A DNA stretch of 51,875 nt from Bacteroidetes bacterium MED-G21 (GTDB lineage: Bacteria; Bacteroidota; Bacteroidia; Flavobacteriales; UBA7430). The notes under the pieces were generated by a model. The model was given only the letters and a program-made list of their open reading frames with translations. It was not told the origin of the DNA and searched no databases. Positions 28,242 through 37,895 of this stretch are shown here, piece by piece; the first letter of the stretch is position 1; every line of letters starts with the position of its first letter. The DNA lies in NCBI GenBank assembly GCA_002457305.1, contig NTKG01000003.1, forward strand, positions 1 to 51,875, in the 5' to 3' direction. A program made the translations under genes and the position numbers.

Positions 28242-28463
28242 TTATTTTTTACCCATAAAGGATAAAATTACTAGTAATGCTACTAATCCTGCGAGATCTG
28301 CTGATGCAAATCTAGACACTAGACCCGATATAGAGCCAATAACATCCATTCCGCCCCAGCCTATTCCTAAAACTTGAGCTGTTATTCCAAGCCCTATTAA
28401 AGACATTAATAAAGCTGTTAAACCTGAGATTAAATCTCCTAGCATTTTAAAAGCGTTAGCCAT
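28242..28463 (-). CDS. Small hypothetical Gly-rich membrane protein
   Basis: 73 aa, hydrophobic/amphipathic helices, C-terminal KK, followed by a strong hairpin. Confidence 0.8.
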   Translation of the reverse strand: MANAFKMLGDLISGLTALLMSLIGLGITAQVLGIGWGGMDVIGSISGLVSRFASADLAGLVALLVILSFMGKK

Positions 28464-28782
28464 AACAATTTATTTTTATTAGTTAATACGTTCAAATATA
28501 AGAACATAGGAATTTCCCCACCAAAAAAATAACCCTACCCGAACTAAAGTTCGGTTTTTTGTTTTTTTACCTGTTTTTTTTGGTTAATTTGATTTTATTA
28601 TCTTGATTTACAGGCGTTTAATGTTTTTATTCGTGTTTTTTATTTTAGTTTTTGGTAGGGGTTATCAACACCAGTTTGTTATTAACTATAGCACCCCTTT
28701 AGGCCTTGTTTTTGCTGGGTTTTTAGTTAAAAACAGCTTATTTAAGGGGTTTTCAGCATTTTTTTAGCCGCATTTGACATTT

Positions 28783-30480
28783 TTACACGTTTAAATTCAT
28801 TTCTAACTGTATTTTTGCGATTTTTTTTGTTAACCGCTTCTTTGTTTTTAAGTATTCTGATTTGCTATTAAGGTGTGTTTGAACTGAAAAATAGTATTTA
28901 ATCTTGGGTTCAGTTCCTGATGGTCGAGCCGTAATCTTTGTTCCTTTTTTTGTAATAAACTGTAAAACATTTGATTTCGGTAAGCCTGTTTTTTCTGAAT
29001 CTAAGTAGTCTATGACGCTTAACACATCTTCTCCTGCAATTTTTTTTGGTGGATTGTTCCGTAAATCAGTCATCTTTTTAGATATCTCTTCTTGGCCCAA
29101 GCGGCCTTGTTTTGTTATAGATATAAGGTCTTCTAGGTAAAACCCGTGCTCAATATACATCTCCTCCATTAGGTTAAATAGTGTTTTACCCGAGCATTTT
29201 GCCCAGGCAACCATTTCTGCTATTAAAGCACAAGACATTACCGCATCTTTATCTCGCACAAAATCTCCTGCTAAATACCCGTAGCTTTCCTCTCCCCCAC
29301 CTATAAAATTTTTCTTTCCTTCTAGTTTTTTTATAATTGCACCTATATGTTTAAACCCCGTTAATGTGTTATACACGCTTACTTTCTTTGCCGCAGCGAG
29401 TTTATCAATTAAATCTGTTGTAACAATTGTTTTGGCAACAAACTCTTTACCTTTAATCTTTCCTAATTCTGCCCACCTTAATATCAAATAATTAACTAAT
29501 AATGAGCCCGTTTGGTTTCCATTTAATAAAACGTATTCACCTTCTGGGCTTGGAATCGCTATACCGACCCTATCTGCGTCCGGGTCCGTTCCCATTACAA
29601 GTTCCGCACCTTTTTCTTTAGCCAACAATATTGCTTGTTCTAAAGCCGACGACTCCTCTGGGTTTGGTGAATATACTGTAGGAAAGCTCCCGTCTATAAC
29701 ATCCTGAGAAGCAACTGTGGTAACATTTTTAAAACCAAATACCTCTAGGGCTTTTGGAACCATGACTACTCCTGTGCCGTGAATTCCAGTAAAAACAATT
29801 GGAAGGTCTTCTTGTTCTTTTATAGATTCTGGAGAAAGGCTTAATGTTTTTAACCGCGCTAGGTAGGTTTTGTCCATTTCCTCGCCCAAACCAAATATTA
29901 AGGCCTTGTTTGCATTAAAATTAACATCGTTTATAGATAGCGCCCTTACTTTTTCTATTAATTCTGTGTCAAAAGGGCTTGTTATTTGGCACCCATCTGC
30001 ACCATACACTTTAAAGCCGTTATATTCTTTTGGATTGTGGGACGCCGTTATAACCACCCCCCCTTTGCATCCCAATTCTCTTACTGCAAATGAAAGTTCG
30101 GGGGTTGGTCGTAAAGAATTAAATAAATATGCTTTTATTCCATTTGCCGTTAAAACCTCTGCCACGCTTAGCGCAAGCTTATTAGAGTTGTTTCTACAGT
30201 CATAGGCAATGGCAACAGAAATGTCTTGGTATTTATATAGATCAACTAGTGTGCTTGCTAAGCCCTGTGTGGCTCTTCCTATTGTATATTTATTAATTCG
30301 GTTTGGACCAACACCCATTATGCCTCTCATCCCTCCTGTACCAAAGTCTAATTCTTTATAAAACGAATCTATTAATTCTTCTCCGCCCTTTTCAATGAGG
30401 CTTTTAACCTTTTCTTGTGTTATTTTATCATAAGGAAAGGAGAGCCACCCCTTGGCTGTTTTTAAGCTTTTTTCGTGCAT
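28783..30480 (-). CDS. pgm: Phosphoglucomutase/phosphomannomutase
   Basis: FGTGGMRG, TASHNP phosphoserine motif, DPDADR, GEESYG, RPSGTEPKIK; ATG at 30480 avoids overlap with the upstream gene. Confidence 0.95.
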   Translation of the reverse strand: MHEKSLKTAKGWLSFPYDKITQEKVKSLIEKGGEELIDSFYKELDFGTGGMRGIMGVGPNRINKYTIGRATQGLASTLVDLYKYQDISVAIAYDCRNNSNKLALSVAEVLTANGIKAYLFNSLRPTPELSFAVRELGCKGGVVITASHNPKEYNGFKVYGADGCQITSPFDTELIEKVRALSINDVNFNANKALIFGLGEEMDKTYLARLKTLSLSPESIKEQEDLPIVFTGIHGTGVVMVPKALEVFGFKNVTTVASQDVIDGSFPTVYSPNPEESSALEQAILLAKEKGAELVMGTDPDADRVGIAIPSPEGEYVLLNGNQTGSLLVNYLILRWAELGKIKGKEFVAKTIVTTDLIDKLAAAKKVSVYNTLTGFKHIGAIIKKLEGKKNFIGGGEESYGYLAGDFVRDKDAVMSCALIAEMVAWAKCSGKTLFNLMEEMYIEHGFYLEDLISITKQGRLGQEEISKKMTDLRNNPPKKIAGEDVLSVIDYLDSEKTGLPKSNVLQFITKKGTKITARPSGTEPKIKYYFSVQTHLNSKSEYLKTKKRLTKKIAKIQLEMNLNV

Positions 30481-30491
30481 GTTTTTTTGAC

Positions 30492-31328
30492 TTATTTGTT
30501 TTTGAAAGTGGCATTTAATATTACCCCCGAAAGTAATAGGAATATTCCAAATACACTCCAAAATGAATAGGTTTCTTCAAAAATAAAATACCCATAAATA
30601 AAAGCAAAAACAACCCCAATATATTTGTATGTCATTATATTTCCTGCTGAGTCGCTTTGAATACCTTTAGTCATGAAAACTTGAGCCACCTGTGTTACGA
30701 CTCCGAGCACTATAATGTAAACCCAGTCGAGTCCCCGCGGATTAACCCAATTAAAAAGTGATAAAAATCCCATTATTGGTGTTGCCACAAGAGGAAAATA
30801 AAAAACAACGACTAGGGTCGGCTCTGTTGTTCTTAGGTGGCGAATGCAATTGTATGCTAAGCCTGAAAAACAGGCCGAGACAACCCCAACTAAAACAAAA
30901 TAATAAGAGATTTTACCCGAAACGTCAAAGCCTTTTAATAGGCAAACGCCTATAAACGCAAGAGAAAAAAAAAGCCATTGTTTTTTTTTGACACGCTCTC
31001 TTAATATTGCAACTGCAAAAAGTGCGGTAAAAACTGGCGATAAATATTGTATTGTTACTGCCCCTGCTAAAGGAATGTTTTGAAGGGTTATAAAAAACAA
31101 ACAAAGGCCTATTGTTCCAAACAAGCCCCTCGCAAAAAGCACCTTTTTGTTATTGCCAAAAATTGGTGTTCTGCCTTTATTTAAATAAAAAAGGGTTATC
31201 AGTAAAGAGCCTAGTGACCTAAAAAAAACCAACTCAAAAACTGGTATATGTGGCATTGCTTTAACACATAAATGCATTAAAGAAAAAGCAAAAGAAGAGA
31301 TTATCATATACTGAGCACCCTTGTTCAT
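30492..31328 (-). CDS. EamA/DMT family transporter
   Basis: About 10 TM helices, ELVFFRS, YLSPVFTALFAVAILRERV. Confidence 0.92.
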   Translation of the reverse strand: MNKGAQYMIISSFAFSLMHLCVKAMPHIPVFELVFFRSLGSLLITLFYLNKGRTPIFGNNKKVLFARGLFGTIGLCLFFITLQNIPLAGAVTIQYLSPVFTALFAVAILRERVKKKQWLFFSLAFIGVCLLKGFDVSGKISYYFVLVGVVSACFSGLAYNCIRHLRTTEPTLVVVFYFPLVATPIMGFLSLFNWVNPRGLDWVYIIVLGVVTQVAQVFMTKGIQSDSAGNIMTYKYIGVVFAFIYGYFIFEETYSFWSVFGIFLLLSGVILNATFKNK

Positions 31329-31470
31329 TGTTTTTGTTTTTGTTTTTAGCAAAGATAGGCTGCTTTATTGTAATTTATTATTTACACCATTATAATACTG
31401 GTATTTTTAATTCATCTAATTTCTATCTATCAAATTACCTTATATTAGCTCTTTGCCTGAATATAAAAAT

Positions 31471-34287
31471 ATGACACCACTGGTAGATAAAAAACTTTTT
31501 CTGTTTGACGCATTTGCATTGATATATAGAGCATACTTTGCTTTTGCTAAAAACCCTAGAATTAATTCTAAGGGTCAAGACACTTCTGCTGTGTTGGGCT
31601 TAGTGAACACATTAATGGATGTTCAAATGAAAGAGCAGCCAACTCATTGGGCTATTTGCTTTGACACATCAGAACCCACAGAGCGCCACATTGAATATAA
31701 AGAATATAAGGCTCAACGCGAAGCAATGCCTGAGGGGATTTCTTCTGCGCTTCCATATATTTTTAAATTAATGGAAGCGCTTAATATCCCCGTAATAGCT
31801 AAGCCGGGTTTTGAGGCAGATGATGTTATAGGAACGCTTGCAAAAAAGGCTGAAAAAGAGGGGTTTGTAACATACATGATGACGCCTGATAAAGATTTTG
31901 CCCAGCTTGTCTCTGATAATATTTACATGTACCGCCCTCCTAGAATGGGTAATGGTGCTGAAATTTGGGGGATTCCAGAGGTGCTTAAAAAATTTGAAAT
32001 AAATCGTATAGATCAGGTCATTGATTATTTAGGAATGATGGGAGACGCCTCAGATAATATACCTGGTATTCCGGGTGTTGGGGATAAAACAGCAAAAAAA
32101 CTATTGGCTCTATACGATAATATGGACGGCTTGTATCTTCATACTCACGAGTTAAAAGGAAAACAAAAAGAAAAAGTAGAAGCCAATAAGGATTTGGCTT
32201 TTCTTTCTAAAAAATTAGCAACGATAAACACAAGTGTTCCTGTAGAATTTAACTCCGATGATCTCGTCCGAAAAGAAATGAATAAAGATGCGGTGCTTGA
32301 TCTTTTTGAGGAGTTGGAGTTTCGGCGTTTAGCGGAGCGTTGGTTTGGAAAAGATTTACCTAATCCAACTGGTGGTGGTGAAAGTTCGGCTAAGATTAAA
32401 CCTTCTAAAACAGGGCAAATAGATTTATTTGCGGCTGAAGAAAACGGTGGTCAAAAATCTCTTTTTGAATCCTCATATGAGACTATAGAAACCACTAAAG
32501 TCAATTATGAATTAGTAGACAATATTTCTGACTGTTACAGTTTAGTTGAGAAATTGATGGTTCTTAAGTCTTTTGCTTTCGATACAGAAACCTCTTCATT
32601 AAACGCTTTGGAGGCGGAAATTGTGGGTATGTCTTTTTGTTATAAGGCTAAAGAGGCTTATTATGTTCCTACTCCCACTAACACAAAAGAAAGAGATGAA
32701 ATTCTTGCTGTTTTTAAACCATTATTCGAAAATGAACGTATTGAAAAAGTTGGTCAAAACATTAAATTCGACTATCATATTCTTGCCAATTACGGTATCG
32801 AATTAAAGGGTCGGTTATTCGACACAATGATTGCGCACTATCTTATTCAAGCAGATATGCGTCATAATATGACTGTTCTTGCTGAGACCTATTTAAACTA
32901 TTCTCCAATTAAAATTGAATCCATTATAGGAAAAGGAAAAGCGCAATTAAATATGCGTGATCTTCCTGCTATAAAAATAAAGAAATACGCTTGTGAAGAT
33001 GCTGACATCACTTGGCAATTAAAAACTGTTTTTGAACCCCTTTTAAAAAAAGAAGATTTAATTTCTCTATTCCGAGAAATAGAAATGCCCTTGGTTTCTG
33101 TGTTAGCAAAAATGGAGCGACAAGGAATTAATTTAGATAGAGAAGGTTTGAAAGTATTTTCTAAAGAATTAGAATCGTTTGTAAAAGATGTTCAAGTCGA
33201 AATATTTAATGTCGCAGGAACGGAGTTTAATATTTCATCTCCTAAACAGTTGGGGGAGGTTTTATTCGACTACCTTAAAATAGATGATAAAGCAAAAAAG
33301 ACTAAAACAGGACAATATTCGACATCGGAAGAAGTTCTTTCTAAGCTAAAAAAGAAACACCCTATCGTAGAAAAAGTTTTAACTTTTCGCTCCTTACAAA
33401 AACTCCGTTCTACATATGTAGACGCCCTACCAGGACTTATTAATACTAATACTCAACGAATACACACCTCGTTTAACCAAGCGGTTGCTGCTACAGGAAG
33501 GTTGAGTTCTAATAACCCTAACCTACAAAACATTCCTATTCGCACAGAAAGGGGTCGTGAAGTGCGAAAGGCTTTTATTCCTCGTGATGATAACCACGTT
33601 TTACTTGCTGCTGATTATTCTCAAGTTGAGCTTCGTTTAATTGCTGAAATGAGTAAGGACCCGGTAATGGTTGAGGCTTTTCAGCAGGGTTTAGATATTC
33701 ATGCTGCAACTGCTTCAAAAGTTTTTAATGTTCCTTTAAAAGATGTTACTAGGGAAATGCGATCTAATGCTAAAATAGTAAACTTCGGTATTATTTATGG
33801 CGTTTCTGCTTTTGGCTTAAGCCAACAATCTTCACTGTCGCGAAAAGAAGCTGCTGAAATCATAAAAAACTATTTTGCGACCTACCCTAAATTAAAAGAA
33901 TATATGGATGCGAATATTGCTTTCGCACGAGAACATGGTTATGTAAAAACGATTATGAATAGAAAACGACGTTTAAAAGATATTAATTCTAGAAATGCTG
34001 TCGTTCGTGGCCATGCTGAAAGAAATGCTATAAATACCCCCATACAAGGATCTGCTGCTGATATAATCAAGTTGGCTATGATTAAAATTCAAACAGAAAT
34101 AGATGTTTTAGGTTTGCAATCAAAAATGTTATTACAGGTGCATGATGAATTGGTTTTTGATGTTTTAAAAACAGAACTCCCTGTGCTTAAAAAATTAATA
34201 AAAGAAAAAATGGAGGGTGTTTTAGATTCAATTGTTCCTCTTGTTGTTGATTTAGATGTGGGTAAGTCGTGGTTAGAAGCGCATTAA
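31471..34287 (+). CDS. polA: DNA polymerase I
   Basis: 5'-3' exonuclease (FEADDVIGT, DKDF), 3'-5' exonuclease (FDTET), polymerase motifs DYSQVELR, KIVNFGIIYG, QVHDEL; start could be TTG 31453. Confidence 0.99.
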   Translation: MTPLVDKKLFLFDAFALIYRAYFAFAKNPRINSKGQDTSAVLGLVNTLMDVQMKEQPTHWAICFDTSEPTERHIEYKEYKAQREAMPEGISSALPYIFKLMEALNIPVIAKPGFEADDVIGTLAKKAEKEGFVTYMMTPDKDFAQLVSDNIYMYRPPRMGNGAEIWGIPEVLKKFEINRIDQVIDYLGMMGDASDNIPGIPGVGDKTAKKLLALYDNMDGLYLHTHELKGKQKEKVEANKDLAFLSKKLATINTSVPVEFNSDDLVRKEMNKDAVLDLFEELEFRRLAERWFGKDLPNPTGGGESSAKIKPSKTGQIDLFAAEENGGQKSLFESSYETIETTKVNYELVDNISDCYSLVEKLMVLKSFAFDTETSSLNALEAEIVGMSFCYKAKEAYYVPTPTNTKERDEILAVFKPLFENERIEKVGQNIKFDYHILANYGIELKGRLFDTMIAHYLIQADMRHNMTVLAETYLNYSPIKIESIIGKGKAQLNMRDLPAIKIKKYACEDADITWQLKTVFEPLLKKEDLISLFREIEMPLVSVLAKMERQGINLDREGLKVFSKELESFVKDVQVEIFNVAGTEFNISSPKQLGEVLFDYLKIDDKAKKTKTGQYSTSEEVLSKLKKKHPIVEKVLTFRSLQKLRSTYVDALPGLINTNTQRIHTSFNQAVAATGRLSSNNPNLQNIPIRTERGREVRKAFIPRDDNHVLLAADYSQVELRLIAEMSKDPVMVEAFQQGLDIHAATASKVFNVPLKDVTREMRSNAKIVNFGIIYGVSAFGLSQQSSLSRKEAAEIIKNYFATYPKLKEYMDANIAFAREHGYVKTIMNRKRRLKDINSRNAVVRGHAERNAINTPIQGSAADIIKLAMIKIQTEIDVLGLQSKMLLQVHDELVFDVLKTELPVLKKLIKEKMEGVLDSIVPLVVDLDVGKSWLEAH

Positions 34288-35690
34288 TTTTTTGTGTTTG
34301 AACAAAAAATTTCTGTCTTTGGAATTTTTGTTCTTTTTATTGCTGCATACCCTCCTATTACATCAATTAAGTTTTTATATCCTTTTGATTTTAAAATAGA
34401 AATATAAATTACTGAACGGTATCCCCCTGCACAGTGTATGTGGTATTTTTTTTCTTTATCTATTTCTTTATAGTGATTAAATAAATCGTCTAATGGTTTA
34501 TTGTTTACTGATTCTATATGCCCTAAATTATATTCTGATGATTTTCTTACATCTAGTATGTTAATTCCTTTTTTATTTTTTTCTTCAAGCTCTTCCGCTG
34601 TTTCCTGTGTAATTACGTCTACTTTTCTTCCTGTCTTTTCCCAAGAAAGAAAAGATCCTTTTAAAAATCCTACTGAATTATCGTATCCAACCCTTGCTAA
34701 TCGTGTAACAACCTCTTCTTCTCTTCCTTCTGGGCAAACAATCACAATTTTTTGTTTTATATCTTTTATTAAGGTTCCTACCCAAGGAGCAAAACCTCCA
34801 TCTATTCCTATAAACCAAGATCCGGGAATAAAACCTTTAACAAAATCTTTTTGATGGCGAACATCTAAAATTAAAGCTCCTTTTTTTACTTCGTTGTCAA
34901 ACTCTTTAATAGTTAATGGTTTTGCTCCAGAAATAATTATTTGTTCGATTGTTTTTTTTGCTATTGTTTTATTTAATTCTACGTTTTTAGGAAAATATTG
35001 TGGTGGTGGTAAAATTCCTTGTAATACTTCTTTTATAAATTCTTCTTTTTTTAAATTTTTATTTAATGCATAATTTGTTTGTTTTTGATTTCCTAATAAA
35101 TCAAAAGTTTCTTTACTTATGTTTTTTCCGCAAGCAGACCCCGCACCATGTGCTGGATAAACTATTATATCGTTTTTTAAAGGCAGTATTTTGTTTCTTA
35201 ATGAATCAAAAAGAAGGCCTGCTAAATCTTCTTTTGTTAAGTTTGTTTTAACTGCTAAATCTGGCCTACCAACATCTCCTATAAATAATGTGTCTCCTGA
35301 AAAAAGGGCTCTTTCTTTTCCTTTTTCATCAATTAATAAATAACACGTTGATTCTATTGTATGACCAGGAGTATGTATGGCTTTTATTTTAATTTTTCCT
35401 ACTGATAGTATTTCTCCATCTTCTACCTGTTTAAATTTAAATTCTGTTTTTGCATGAGGTCCAAAAACAATTACTGCTCCTGTTTTTTTTGCCAATTCTA
35501 CATGCCCAGAAACAAAATCTGCATGAAAATGTGTTTCTAAAATATATTTAATTTTAGTATTATTTTCTTTCGCCTTTTCTATATAAGGCTCAACTTCCCT
35601 TAAGGGGTCTATAATTAATGATTCTCCTTCTGATTCAATATAATAAGCAGCTTCAGATAAACAACCTGTATATATTTGCTCTATTTTCAT
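34284..35690 (-). CDS. MBL-fold hydrolase with two rhodanese domains (persulfide dioxygenase-sulfurtransferase type)
   Basis: ETHFHADFVSGH, TPGHT, GDTLFIGDVGRPD, PAHGAGSACG, two LDVR motifs, HCAGGYRS. Confidence 0.93.
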   Translation of the reverse strand: MKIEQIYTGCLSEAAYYIESEGESLIIDPLREVEPYIEKAKENNTKIKYILETHFHADFVSGHVELAKKTGAVIVFGPHAKTEFKFKQVEDGEILSVGKIKIKAIHTPGHTIESTCYLLIDEKGKERALFSGDTLFIGDVGRPDLAVKTNLTKEDLAGLLFDSLRNKILPLKNDIIVYPAHGAGSACGKNISKETFDLLGNQKQTNYALNKNLKKEEFIKEVLQGILPPPQYFPKNVELNKTIAKKTIEQIIISGAKPLTIKEFDNEVKKGALILDVRHQKDFVKGFIPGSWFIGIDGGFAPWVGTLIKDIKQKIVIVCPEGREEEVVTRLARVGYDNSVGFLKGSFLSWEKTGRKVDVITQETAEELEEKNKKGINILDVRKSSEYNLGHIESVNNKPLDDLFNHYKEIDKEKKYHIHCAGGYRSVIYISILKSKGYKNLIDVIGGYAAIKRTKIPKTEIFCSNTKN

Positions 35691-35716
35691 GTTTAACCTA
35701 AATAATAATTTTTGTT

Positions 35717-36502
35717 TTAATAAAGTTCTTTTAAAAATATAAATACAGCTATTGATAAAACAAAATAGCCAAATATTTTTTTAAGTTTTTCGCCTGACAT
35801 AAATCTACTAATATATAAACCTATAAACATCCCAAATAAAGAAAAACAAGAAAAACTTAATAAAAAAGGCCAATCAATATTTAATGATAATTGAAAGTCT
35901 CCTATTATTCCAATTAATGATTTTAAGGAAATAATCATTAAAGAGGTACCTATTGCTTTTTTCATAGATAACCCACCAAATAAAACCAACATAGGAATAA
36001 TTAAAAACCCTCCTCCTGCTCCTACTAATCCAGTAACTAATCCAATTATTAGTCCTTCTATTATAATAATAAAATAATTAATTTCTTTTTTTATTATACT
36101 ATTGTTTCTGTTTGTAATCATTGATACTGCAGCTAACACCATAATAAGTGCTAAAAAAATTAATATTAATTGTTCTGTTTTATAATAAAAGGTATCTGTT
36201 ATTTTAATTTTTTGAGGAAGCGAAGGTAAAATAAAACGTCTTGTAAAATATATAGATAATAAAGAAGGCGATGTAAAAATTAGCCCAATCTTAAAATCTA
36301 TATTCCCTTTTTTAATATTTTTTATTGCACCAAAAAAAGCCGTTAAACCAACAATAAATAATGAATAAGTTGTAGCTAAAATTGGTTCAATAGTAAAAAT
36401 ATAAACTAAAACAGGAATGGTTAAAATAGAGCCACCACTACCTATTAAACTTAATATTATTCCAATAATAATAGCGCTTATATATCCTATTGCATCTATC
36501 AT
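35717..36502 (-). CDS. Sulfite exporter TauE/SafE family protein
   Basis: GSGGSILTIPVLVY, GLVGAGGGFLIIP, KKAIGTSL. Confidence 0.93.
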   Translation of the reverse strand: MIDAIGYISAIIIGIILSLIGSGGSILTIPVLVYIFTIEPILATTYSLFIVGLTAFFGAIKNIKKGNIDFKIGLIFTSPSLLSIYFTRRFILPSLPQKIKITDTFYYKTEQLILIFLALIMVLAAVSMITNRNNSIIKKEINYFIIIIEGLIIGLVTGLVGAGGGFLIIPMLVLFGGLSMKKAIGTSLMIISLKSLIGIIGDFQLSLNIDWPFLLSFSCFSLFGMFIGLYISRFMSGEKLKKIFGYFVLSIAVFIFLKELY

Positions 36503-36510
36503 TTTATCAT

Positions 36511-36541
36511 AAAAAAAAGACCCTTTTTTGGGTCTTTTTTT
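36511..36541 (-). terminator. Intrinsic terminator (possibly bidirectional)
   Basis: AAAAAAAAGACCC-TTTTTT-GGGTCTTTTTTT. Confidence 0.8.
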
Positions 36542-36545
36542 ATTT

Positions 36546-37895
36546 TTACAAATTGTTTTTTAAAAATAACATAAGCTCTTGTTTTCCTTTTGGCTTATTT
36601 ACTATTTTCATTTCCTTATCTAAAACAAAAAATGCAGGTGTTTTATTTATTTTATAATCTTTACAAACGGGAGATTGATAATTTTTAAATTGACTAACAT
36701 TAATCCAATTAAAATTACTGTTTTGTATTGTTGTCTTCCATTTATTTTCATTTACATCTAAAGCAACTCCTATTACTTCTAAACCTTTTGGTTTATATTC
36801 ATTATAAACAGGAACAAATCCAGGTAAATCTCTCATACAGTGTCCACAATGAGAGGCCCAAAACATAATAATTGTGTATTTATTATTAGCACATGTGTTT
36901 TTTAAATTTATTTCTGTTCCAAAATTACTTTTTATAGTAAAATCTGGTGGTATATTTCCAACTTGTAAATTTTTTATTAATTGAGCTTTTTGTCTTAATA
37001 AATCATTTATTTCTATATCTCCACAAGCTTCCCCATAAAAATATTCTTCCATTATATAAGTAGCAATATCTTCTAATCCTGAACCATAAAAGCCATCTAA
37101 TAAATTATATAAAGAAAACTCGAACACTTTTTCATTAACTTTTGCTTTATTCATAATTTCATCTACAGCATTGTAATATCCTACCTCTGTATGTCCACTA
37201 TGTTTAATTATATAATCGGTAAATCTTGTTGCAAATACTTCAGATCTAATAAATGTTTCATTATTAAAATCTAAATCGTCAAAATATTTTTTCTTATCGT
37301 CTTTATTTTTTGCTTTACTAGCAACCTTTGCTTTAGAAAAATAAGAATTTGGGTATTTATTAATTACGTTTTGTGTGTGGTTAAATTTTTCTTTTTCTAT
37401 TTTTTCAATTTCATTTTTAATCTCATTTACTTTAACTTGATTACCTTGAGATTTAAATTGTCCTATTTGCTTTTTTAAACCTTTAACAATTTTATTTAAT
37501 TCTAGTTCTTTATTTTTAAATTCCCAATATGCTTTATTTTCTAATGAATTGATAACGGTTACATCCCTTTCTAAATAAACTTGTCCAAACTCTAATTCTA
37601 CTAATGATTCTTTTGGATTTAAAATAACCTCAATTATATTTTTATCATTTGTTAGTGCTAATTTATAATAACCTAATTCATATTGTTTATTATTAAATAT
37701 AAATGATCCATCTATATTAATTTTAACACTGTCAATTTTATATTTATAATTTCCTTCTGTTCTATAAAGAAATAATTCTTTTCCTTGTTGTCTTTTATTT
37801 AAAAAATTACCTTTTATTGTTTGTGCATTTACAGCCGGATCATTTCCACAGCTTAACACAAATAAACTCATAATTATCAATATTATTTTTTTCAT
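36546..37895 (-). CDS. TlpA/redoxin-family lipoprotein
   Basis: MKKIILIIMSLFVLSC lipobox; C-terminal thioredoxin fold FWASHCGHC...TPAFFVLD. Confidence 0.88.
   Translation of the reverse strand: MKKIILIIMSLFVLSCGNDPAVNAQTIKGNFLNKRQQGKELFLYRTEGNYKYKIDSVKINIDGSFIFNNKQYELGYYKLALTNDKNIIEVILNPKESLVELEFGQVYLERDVTVINSLENKAYWEFKNKELELNKIVKGLKKQIGQFKSQGNQVKVNEIKNEIEKIEKEKFNHTQNVINKYPNSYFSKAKVASKAKNKDDKKKYFDDLDFNNETFIRSEVFATRFTDYIIKHSGHTEVGYYNAVDEIMNKAKVNEKVFEFSLYNLLDGFYGSGLEDIATYIMEEYFYGEACGDIEINDLLRQKAQLIKNLQVGNIPPDFTIKSNFGTEINLKNTCANNKYTIIMFWASHCGHCMRDLPGFVPVYNEYKPKGLEVIGVALDVNENKWKTTIQNSNFNWINVSQFKNYQSPVCKDYKINKTPAFFVLDKEMKIVNKPKGKQELMLFLKNNL

Noticed and set aside
28662-28670. Isolated DnaA-box-like TTATCAACA (also TTATCCACT near 6409)
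   Set aside because: Single sites are expected by chance in AT-rich DNA; there is no cluster or trio module.
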